Positions 54,248-64,000 of a stretch of 64,000 bases of DNA are shown piece by piece. Made by a program: the position numbers and the translations under genes. Source of the DNA: Octopus vulgaris (taxonomy: Eukaryota); assembly GCA_951406725.2 (NCBI GenBank), contig OX597820.1, positions 18,166,001-18,230,000 on the forward strand. Reading direction: 5' to 3'. Under the pieces are notes generated by a model that was not told the DNA's origin, did no database searches, and saw only the letters and a program-made list of their open reading frames with translations. The first letter of the stretch is position 1. Each line of letters opens with the position of its first letter.

Positions 54248-54694
54248 GAGTGGCTGTGTGGCAAGTAGCTTGCTTACCAACCACATGGTTCCGGGTTCAG
54301 TCCCACTGTGCAAATGTCTTCTACTATAGCTTCAGGCCAACCAAAGCCTTGTGAGTGGATTTGGTACTGCAAGAAGCCCATCATATATGTACATATATGT
54401 ATATGTATGTGTGTGTATGTGTGTCTGCTTGTCTCCCCAACATCGCTTGACAACCGATGCTGGTGTGTTTACATCCCTGTAACTTAGGCAAAGAATAAGT
54501 CTTGGGGACGATTTGCTCGACTAAAGGCAGTGCTCCAGCATGGCCGCAGTCAAATGACTGAAACAAGTAAAAGAGTAAAAGAGATACCATATTTAAATTT
54601 ATATAAAGAACTCCCTAATTTGGGGGGCTTAAAATTTGGAAAAATGGTTTTGTAAGGGATTATAAAACTGGTTCTTTATGCAGGTTAAAATACA

Positions 54695-54731
<37 letters not shown>

Positions 54732-55024
54732 CATATACATACACATACATATATATGTGTATTCCAGAGTAAGCACATAAATGTGAAACAAGGTGGAAAA
54801 ATTGTAATCGAATACCGGAGATAGAGTAATATGTTTCATTAATAACGCTGCAAAGACATCACAAAAACTGTTACTCTGAGTTTCACGTTCTTCTTTGTCA
54901 GATATACCCATTTGTCATCCCAAACTGTCCAACAAATGGGAGCATGAAACTCTGAGTAACAGTTTTTGTGATGTTTTTTGCAGCTTTATGAATAAAGTAT
55001 ATATATATATATATATATATAATA

Positions 55025-55435
55025 GGCGCAGGAGTGGCTGTGTGGTAAGTAGCTTGCTAACCAACCACATGGTTCCAGGTCCAGTCCCACTGCGTGGCAT
55101 CTTGGGCAAGTACTTCTGCTATAGCCCCGGGCCGACCAATGCCTTGTGAGTGGATTTGGTAGACGGAAACTGAAAGAAGCCTGTCGTATATATGTATATA
55201 TATATAAGTGTGTGTGTGTATATGTTTGTGTGTCTGTGTTTGTCCCCCTAGCATTGCTTGACAACCGATGCTGGTGTGTTTACGTCCCCGTCACTTAGCG
55301 GTTCGGCAAAAGAGACCGATAGAATAAGTACTGGGCTTACAAAGAATAAGTCCCGGGGTCGATTTGCTCGACTAAAGGCGGTGCTCCAGCATGGCCGCAG
55401 TCAAAAGACTGAAACAAGTAAAAGAGTAAAAATAA
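55025..55435 (+). mobile_element. tRNA-derived SINE family A, full length
   Basis: Head GGCGCAGGAGTGGCTGTGTGGTAAG (A box)...GGTCCAGTCCC (B-box-like), internal TA/TG microsatellite, tail GAAACAAGTAAAAGAG. About 20 full or partial copies: 358-715(-), 7708-7950(+), 11674-11795(-), 18060-18208(+), 18210-18617(-), 28950-29173(-), 31179-31557(-), 32074-32472(-), 35141-35543(+), 44160-44530(+), 45632-46045(-), 46822-47220(-), 54245-54583(+), 61405-62085(-). Confidence 0.92.
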
Positions 55436-55446
55436 AAGATATATAT

Positions 55447-55515
<69 letters not shown>

Positions 55516-55553
55516 CATATATTTATATATATAAATGTATATATATGTGCATT

Positions 55554-55599
<46 letters not shown>

Positions 55600-55901
55600 C
55601 CCATATACATACACACACACACATTTACATACCCATTTACACACCCATATACATATACATATATATATATATACGCACAAGCACTATGTAAGCCATACTT
55701 TGAGGAAATTTGGAGTAGCCTCTACCAAATACTTTCTTGGTCTTTCAAATGTCACTTGGTGTATTTTCATTTACTGTCTTCTATGATACAGATTTTGCCC
55801 CTAAACATGCACGCCTCCCTTCCACCCACCCCCACTCATGTGTACACACGTGCATTTGTATTCTTTCACAAACATGCGACATATACCTATTTAGGCACAC
55901 A

Positions 55902-55957
<56 letters not shown>

Positions 55958-56030
55958 ATACATATATACACACACACATGCATAGACATAGACATACACA
56001 CATGCACATATGCGCACACACACATACACA

Positions 56031-56488
56031 CACACACACATACTCAAACACCCATAAACATACATAAGTACTTACAAATATATATATATATATAAACACA
56101 CACATGCATACACATACACAGACATACACATATATATGTATGTATATATAGATGTGTGTGTATGTATGTGTATATATATAAATAAATATATATATATGTG
56201 TGTGTATGTATATATATATATGTATGTATGTCATCATCGTCGTTTAACGTCCGTTCTCCATGGACGTTAAACGACGATGATGACATACATACATACATAT
56301 ATATATATACATACACACACATATATATATATTTATTTATATATATACACATACATACACACACATCTATATATACATACATATATATGTGTATGTCTGT
56401 GTATGTGTATGCATGTGTGTGTTTATATATATATATATATTTGTAAGTACTTATGTATGTTTATGGGTGTTTGAGTATGTGTGTGTGT
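56031..56488. repeat. ~220-bp-arm fold-back palindrome
   Basis: Arms meet at AACGTCC-gttctccat-GGACGTT (56246-56268). Confidence 0.9.
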
Positions 56489-56505
56489 GCATCCGTGTAC
56501 ATTCG

Positions 56506-56536
<31 letters not shown>

Positions 56537-56658
56537 GTATACACATATATATGTATATATATATATGTATGTATATATATATATATATATATGTTAATAA
56601 AATATATGCATATATATAAACATATATGTACGTACCTACCTCTACATGTACATATACA

Positions 56659-56710
<52 letters not shown>

Positions 56711-56949
56711 TACATATACATATGTACATGCATATTGAAACACAGACACATACATAAATAAACATAGCAAACACAAGCACATGTACACACAGACACACAG
56801 ACACACCATACACATCTACACACACACACACGTGCACGCGCGTGCGCGCATGAAGGCAAACAAACAAGCAGAAATAGTTTTGCCTTTCTCGGTGAGGAGC
56901 AGATGGGGTTCCCCGTTTATGGTGCCACCAAACTATTTGTGATAACAAG

Positions 56950-57306
56950 AGAAAGCGAAAGAAAGGAAGGAAGAAGAACATTAAGATTGAAAACAAAAAG
57001 GAGGAAACAGAGAGAGAAAGAAAGAAAGAAGGAAAGAAAGGAGGGAAGAAAGAAAGGAAGGAAGAAAGAAAGGAAGGAAGAAAGAAAGAAAGAAAGAAAG
57101 AAAGAGAGAAAGAGAGAAAGAAAGAAAGGAAGAAAGAAAGGAAGGAAGAAAGAAAGAGAGAAAGGAAGAAAAGAAGAAAGAAAGAAAGAAAGAAAGGAAG
57201 AAAGAAAGAAGGAAAGAAAAAAGAAAGAAAGGAAGAAAGAAAGAAAGGAAGGAAGAAAGAAAGGAAGGAAGGAAGAAAGAAAGAAAGAAAGGAAGAAAGA
57301 AAGAAA

Positions 57307-57337
<31 letters not shown>

Positions 57338-57380
57338 GAAGGAAGAAAGAAAGGAAGAAATAAATAAAGAAAGAAAGGAA

Positions 57381-57413
<33 letters not shown>

Positions 57414-57480
57414 GAAGAAAAAATGGAAGAAGGAGAGTAAATGTGAAAAAAAATGGAGGAAAGAAAGAATGAAAGAGGGA
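56950..57480 (+). repeat. (GAAA/GGAA)n polypurine tract; (GAA/GGA)n also at 59770-60085 and polypyrimidine at 60150-60850
   Basis: Direct inspection. Confidence 0.9.
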
Positions 57481-57769
57481 AGGAGATATGAGGGTAAGAA
57501 AAGGGTACTTTGTGCTGTATATTATCAATAGGTTAATGCGTGTAGAATTGGTGAGAACCCTAATCAGAATCTCAGAGAATTTCAGGAGCAGACTTATGCT
57601 TTAAGACCACATATTTGGTAAATGTCAAAAGGTACAATTTTGGTAAGACACACAGACAGAAACAGACGGATAGAGAGAAAGATAGACAGATAGACAGACA
57701 GACACACACATACACACACACACTCACACATGCATGTGTATATATGTATGTAGATGTGTATGTATGGTT

Positions 57770-59500
57770 ATTAATGATTGACTATGGTTGCATGTGTGTG
57801 TGTGTGTGTGTGTGAATATGTGTGCGTATGTATGTATGTATGTGGGTATATAAGTATGTAAGTAAATATACATGTAGGTGGATAGTCATACACACACACA
57901 CACAAACATGCACATACACACACATGCATACATCCACTCAGACACGTGCAGACACACACACATACACACACATGCATACACACACTCAGAGACAGACAGA
58001 CACACACACTCACACGTACACACACATGCTTGTGTGTAGGTATGTATGTAGATATGTATGTAAGGCTATAAATGATTGAATATGGTTGTGTGTGTATGTG
58101 TGTGCGCGTGTGTGTATGTGTGTATGTATGTGGGTATATATGTACATAAATTTGTAAGTGGATAGTTGCATACATACACACACACACACAAACATACACA
58201 CACACACATACATACACACACATACATACACACATGCATACACACATACATACACACACACATGTACAAATGCACACATGCAGACACACACACAGACACA
58301 CACACAAACATGCACATACACACATAAGCATACACACACTCAGACACAGACAAACATACACACACACATACATGCTTGTGTGTAGATATATATAGATGTG
58401 TATGTAGGGCTATAAATGATTGAATACGGTTGTGTGTGTGTGCGCATATGTGTGCGTATGTATGTGGGTATATATGTACATAAATTTGTAAGTGGATAGT
58501 CGCATACATACACACACACATACATACACTCACACACAGACACACACAAACAAACACATACATGCATGTGTGTAGATATGTATGCAGATGTGTATGTATG
58601 GTTATAAATAATTGAGTATAGTTGTGTGTATGTGTGTGTGTATATAACTATGTAAGTATGTACATAAATTTGTATGTAGGTAGATAGTCACATACACACA
58701 CATACACACAAACACACACACACTCATACACACATGCAGGCATCCCCCCAACACACACACAAATACACACACACACATATTAAAAATACAAAATGTGTGA
58801 AAGTACATATGAATTAGTAATGTACTTGTGTGTGTGTGTGTGTGTAAATGTGTGCGTATGTGTGTGCGTCAGCATATATGTGTAAATGTGTGAGTTTGTG
58901 TGAGAGCCTGCATGTGTGTATGTGTGTATCTGTGTGTCAGCATATATGTATATGTGTGTGTATGTATGTGTGTGTTTGTGTGTTAGTCTGTATGTGTGTA
59001 AGTTATTTATGTATGTGTGTGTGCATCAGCATAAATGTATATGTGTGATTATATGTGTATGTTCATGTATGTATGTGTGTGTTTGTGTGTGAGTTTGTAT
59101 GTGTGTATGTGTATATGTGTGTCTATGAGTTTGTATGTATGTGTGTGAGTGTGTGTGTCAGCATTTATGTGCATGTGTGTGTGTTTGTGAGTTTGTATGT
59201 GTGTAGGTGTGTGTGTTTGTGTCAGCATATATGTGTATGTGTGTGTGTTTGTGTGTGAGTTTGTATGAATGTGTGTGTGTGTGTCAGCATATATGTGTGT
59301 GTGTGTGTTTGTGTGTGAGTTTGTATGTGTGTGTGTGTACGTGTATATGTGAGTTTGTGAGTTTGTATGTGTGTAAATGTGCGTGTGTGTGTCAGTATAT
59401 ATGTGTATGTGTGTGAGTGAGAGCCTGCATGCGTGCATATGTGTCTCATACACACATACACATGTGTGTGTGTCAGCATATATGCATATGTGTATACATG
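57770..59500. repeat. Complex CA/TG-based minisatellites
   Basis: Units carrying TAAATGATTGAATATGGTTG...GGATAGT recur at ~57770, 58067, 58411 and 58602; ~60-bp GTCAGCATATATG units at 58850-59500. Confidence 0.75.
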
Positions 59501-59533
59501 TATATATATATATGTATACATACATGCACGTGC

Positions 59534-59605
<72 letters not shown>

Positions 59606-61647
59606 TGCTATGCCTTTCTACACTTCTGTAAGAAATAATGAAAATCCGTTTGTGTTAAGAGAAGACAACACAGAACAACATCTAGAGAGACTGAGATATA
59701 TTTATTTTAATCCACTAACCCTGCCTCCTTTAATACCAAGAGAAGAAAGAAATCTTATACAAAATATGGCAAGGAGGAGAAGAGGGAGAAGAAGAAGAAG
59801 AAGAAGAAGAAGAAGAAGAAGAAGAAGAAGAAGAAGAAGAAGAAGAAGAAGGAGAAGAAGGAGGAGGAGGAGGAGAAGAAGAAGGAGGAGGAGGAGGAGG
59901 AGGAAGGAGAAGAAGAAGAAGGAGGAGGAGGAGGAGGAAGGAGAAGAAGAAGAAGAAGAAGAAAGAAGAAGGAGGAGGAGGAAGAAGAAGAAGAAGAAGA
60001 AGAAGGAGGAGGAGGAGGAAGAAAAAGAAAAAGAAGAAGAGGAAGGAGGAGGAGGAGGAGGAAGGAGAAGAAGAAGAAGAAGACAACATAACTAACTGTC
60101 CAAATAAATACACTTTTTGTTGTTGTTTTGTTGGTATATATTCTAATTGCTATATCTTCTTCTTTTTGTCTTTCTTTCTTTATTTCACTCTCTCTTTCTT
60201 TCCCCCTCTTGTGCTCTCTTTCTTTCTTTCTGTCTCTCTGCTTCCTTCCTTCCTCTCTATTTCACCATCACTCTCTTCTACTTTACATTATTATCTTTGT
60301 TATCGACCAGCCACCTTCCCCCTCTTTCTCTCTCTCTCTTTGTCTTACTCCATCTCTGTCTCTTTCTCTCTCTCTTTCTCTAACTCTCTCTATGTCTATC
60401 TCTATCACTCAGTTTATTAGCTACTCTTTCTCTCAGGTTTTTCTCTCTCTCTGTCTCTCTCCATTTTTCTTTCACTGTCTTTCCCTCCCTCTTTCTCTCA
60501 CTGTCTTTCTCCATTCCATCTCTCTCTCTCTCTCTCTGTTTCCCTCTCTTTCTCTCTCTCTCTCCATCGCTCTAACTTTCTCTCTGTCCCCTCCCTTCTC
60601 TCTATATCTCTATCACTCTACTCACTAGCTTCCTCCTCTTTTTTTCTCTTTCTTTCTTTCTCTTTTCTCTGTCTCTCTCTCTCACTTATTTTTCTCTTCA
60701 TCATTATCTCTGTGATTGGTTAGCCTCTCTATTTCTCTATCTTTTTGTCTCTATTTCTCCCTCTCTCTCTCTCTAACTGTTTATCAACCGCCCCCCCTCT
60801 CTCTCTCACTCTCTCACTCTCTTTCCCTCTCTCCTTCTCTTTCTTCCTCAGTGCTTTTGTTTCTCTATTTAGCCTATTCTAATCTTGCTAAGTGTATTAT
60901 TAACAACTGTTGATTCCAATAGTACTTTTAGTCGTCTATAGCAACCCTCAAGATCATTTTTCTTATTACAAAATAGAACCATTCACTTGAATAATACAGA
61001 AAATAATGATTTCTTTTATTTAGCACACGCATACACGTGCACACATACACACACACATGTGTGCTTACATACACATGCGTACGCTAAATATGTTTTATTA
61101 TTTCGACTGAAGACCAATTTTTTCTTAGGATAAAATAAAATATGGTTATGTTGTCAATTGAACTGGCCTCATTATATTACAGGATCATATTGAGCTAACA
61201 GTGTTGGAGTATTTATGTGGCTGTTCTTACCTGTGGGGAAAATAACAGCTAAATGTCCCTCAAATCATATCCGGCTCTCTTAGAGGAGAACTTCAAGGTT
61301 ATCTGCATGCTGGAAAAATACAGGATGGGGAAATAATGGAATGTCGTTTGATCATAGGTTTGTTTCATCAATTTTGGCCAAGAACTAAACAGCAACAACA
61401 ACTTCTCTCTTTTACTTGTTTCAGTCATTTGACTTTGGCCATGCTGGAGCACCGCCTTTAGTCGAGCAAATCGACCCCAGGACTTATTCTTTAGTTAGAA
61501 GCCTAGTACTTATCCTATCTGTCTCTTTTGCCAAACCACTAAGTGACGGGGATGTAAACACACCAGCATCAGTTGTCAAGTGATGTTGGGGGGACAAACA
61601 CAAACATATAAACACACACACACACATACATACATATATATATATGT

Positions 61648-61910
61648 GTCTAACAGATGTGGACATGCCTACAAAGTCAGAAAGCAACACACCTCCCATG
61701 ACTTTCGGAAACATTTTTTCACGCTCAGAGTTGCTGAAGCATGGAATAAACTGCCTGCGTCAGTTGTTGACTGCCATGACACTGCATCCTTTAAGGCCCT
61801 CATGCTTTCCGAAATCCGCTGAAACTACACCTGATTATATATACACTTTAGATGAGTTGTAGTGCACCTGAGCACTGTACACAATTATTATTATTATTAT
61901 TATTATTATA
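61648..61910 (+). mobile_element. CR1-clade LINE 3' end inserted in the microsatellite of a SINE A
   Basis: RCGHAYKVRK...RKHFFTLRVAEAWNKLPASVV...SFK*, short 3' UTR and (ATT)n tail; SINE halves at 61405-61647 and 61911-62085. Confidence 0.85.
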
Positions 61911-62640
61911 TACATATATATGATAGGCTTCTTTCAGTTTCCATCTACCAAATCAACTCACAAGGCTTTGGTCGCTCCGAGGCTATAGTAGAAGACACTT
62001 GCCCAAGGTGCCATGCAGTGGGAATGAACCCGGAACCATGAGGTTAGTAATCAAGCTACTTACCCACACAGCCACTTTTGAGCCTAATACTAATTTTATC
62101 GAATCTTTTTTAAAAGATATGATTGTTAATCTTTGCATGATTTAAAATTGGAGTGTAAAGAAACAGAACTAGATACTACACACTACTTCAATTAACTTGC
62201 TATGTTTCATTGTTTTCATTGTTTGGTTGATGGAAAATATTTCAATATATTCTATTGTTGTAGACATGACTGGATTTGCAACTAATTCCAATCTATCTTT
62301 TATCATTTATTTTTTTTTCTAATGTATTAAGCAGGCATGGCTGTGTGGTTAAGAAGTTTGCTTCCCAACCAGGTGGATCTGATTTCAGTCTCATGGTAGG
62401 TCACGCTGGGGAATGTTTTAAGCTTTGTTAGAGGAATTGGCAAATGGAAACAGAAAGAAGTTCATAGTACATATACATACATACATACATATTTATGTGT
62501 GTGTGCATGTATGTATGTATATATATATATGTATATAAATACACACACACATACACACATGCACACATATATATATACACATATATAGATGTACATATAT
62601 ATATATATACATACACACACAAACACGTATATACATATAC

Positions 62641-64000
62641 ATTAAAGAGGCCGATAAAGGAAGTGCAGTAGTCTTAATGGAGACAGAATACTATATCAAC
62701 TTAGCACTCTCCACCTTGGAAAATGGAACATATTACGAAAAGGCTGAACACTACAATCAACAGAAAATTATGAGAAACTTAAAAACCCTGATCAACCCCC
62801 AGAAAGAAGAACTCACTAACAAAGAATTCAACTTCATCACAAATTTCACTAGTAAAACCAGCCTCTTCTACGGTATTCCCAAAATTCATAAAAGCGAATT
62901 AATAAGTAAGGCATGCAAGGAAGCCACTAACTCTGTAATCAATGTCCCCTCACCAAATGACCTCAAATTGAGACCTATAATAGCAGGTCCCGCTTGTGAA
63001 ACCCACCGCCTTAGCAACTTCATTGATACTCTTCTCAAGCCATTCCTCAAACACATTAAAAGCTACATAAGGGACGATCTAGATATGCTCAACCACCTCC
63101 CCAATACACTTCTTGCTGAACAAACCCTGCTAGTAACATTCGATGTAGTTAATCTTTACTCCAACATCCCCCACAACCTAGGAATAGAAGCTATCCAATT
63201 CTGGCTGGATAATTACTCCAACGAACTCCCACACCGCATCAAAAGGGAATTTATTTTAGAAGGACTCAAATTCATCTTAGAGAATAATTTCTTCACCTTC
63301 AACAACAAATTCTACAGACAGAAATCAGGAACGGCAATGGGAACGAAAACAGCTCCCACTTACGCCAACCTAGTCATGGGATACCTGGAAATCACCCTCT
63401 ATAATAACGTTCTTAACCAATTTGGCACCACTCTCCACACACACATAGAGAAGAACTGGAAGAGATATCTTGATGACTGCTACATCCTTTGGCCCGAAAC
63501 CGTCGAGAAGCTTAAAGAATTTCACACCCTTATAAATGGGCTCAACACAAACATTATTTTCACAATGGAATACAGCCCTCAACAAATTCCCTTCCTCGAC
63601 ATCCTCATTAAAATTCACAACAAAAAAATAGAAATAGACATATACTACAAGCCCACAGACTCCAAGAAATACCTCCCTTTCAATTCATGCCACCTTAGAC
63701 ACGTTAAAATTAACATTCCCTACAACTTAGCCAAGAGAATTTGCACTATAGTCTCCAATAAAAACACCCGTCTCTTACGTCTACAAGAACTCAAGGACAC
63801 ATTAATAAGCAGGGATTACCCCACGTCACTAATTGACAATGGGATCCAACGCGCCCTAAAACTCAGCACACAGGAACTTAGACGCCCTAAACCTGTTACA
63901 TCGAAACCCCATACTCTACCATACATCTCTACACACAACCCCCTCAACAATGAAGCTTTTGACACCATCCTCCAGAACATTCCTGTATTAAAAAAGGACC
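62641..64000 (+). CDS. Penelope-like element reverse transcriptase ORF, 5'-truncated, open to the window edge
   Basis: Manual translation from 62641 has no stop to the end: IKEADKGSAVVLM...FYGIPKIHK...LRPIIAG...TFDVVNLYSNIP...FYRQKSGTAMGTKTAPTYANLVMG...WKRYLDDCYILW (YLDD 63466-63477)...IPFLDI...IYYKPTDSKKYL. These are PLE RT motifs. It starts abruptly after a TA/CA microsatellite. Confidence 0.95.
   Translation, partial: MKEADKGSAVVLMETEYYINLALSTLENGTYYEKAEHYNQQKIMRNLKTLINPQKEELTNKEFNFITNFTSKTSLFYGIPKIHKSELISKACKEATNSVINVPSPNDLKLRPIIAGPACETHRLSNFIDTLLKPFLKHIKSYIRDDLDMLNHLPNTLLAEQTLLVTFDVVNLYSNIPHNLGIEAIQFWLDNYSNELPHRIKREFILEGLKFILENNFFTFNNKFYRQKSGTAMGTKTAPTYANLVMGYLEITLYNNVLNQFGTTLHTHIEKNWKRYLDDCYILWPETVEKLKEFHTLINGLNTNIIFTMEYSPQQIPFLDILIKIHNKKIEIDIYYKPTDSKKYLPFNSCHLRHVKINIPYNLAKRICTIVSNKNTRLLRLQELKDTLISRDYPTSLIDNGIQRALKLSTQELRRPKPVTSKPHTLPYISTHNPLNNEAFDTILQNIPVLKKD

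Noticed and set aside
63370-63618. Minus-strand 82-aa ORF
   Set aside because: It is an antisense shadow of the Penelope RT.

Overview
AT-rich, microsatellite-saturated animal intergenic/intronic DNA. Its SINE, RTE and Penelope repertoire is what I recognise from octopus genomes (inference). I found no convincing host protein-coding gene. Nearly all ORFs in the track are translations of (TA)n, (CA)n, (TACA)n, (CAT)n, (AAT)n, (GAA)n repeats or of SINEs. Real coding remnants are all transposon-derived: an uninterrupted Penelope-like RT ORF running off the right edge (62641-64000, missing from the ORF track), two decayed Naiad-type Penelope fragments, a 5'-truncated RTE LINE, a CR1 3' end, R4/Dong-like restriction-endonuclease LINE tails, and mariner/Tc1/maT/hAT pieces, plus MITEs and a Helitron. 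The main hidden signal is a dense set of type-I hammerhead ribozyme (HHR) motifs from several distinct families. Two look near-intact (33325-33400 +, 43419-43505 -). Several sit in inverted pairs or at (TA)n tracts. One family couples a tRNA-derived Pol III head to an HHR and a Penelope-like tail (5.5 kb and 47.7 kb), a candidate ribozyme-bearing SINE mobilised by Penelope RT. There are also several long fold-back palindromes, microsatellite-targeted retroelement insertions and a three-tier nested insertion. Coordinates were read by eye and may be off by a few bases.
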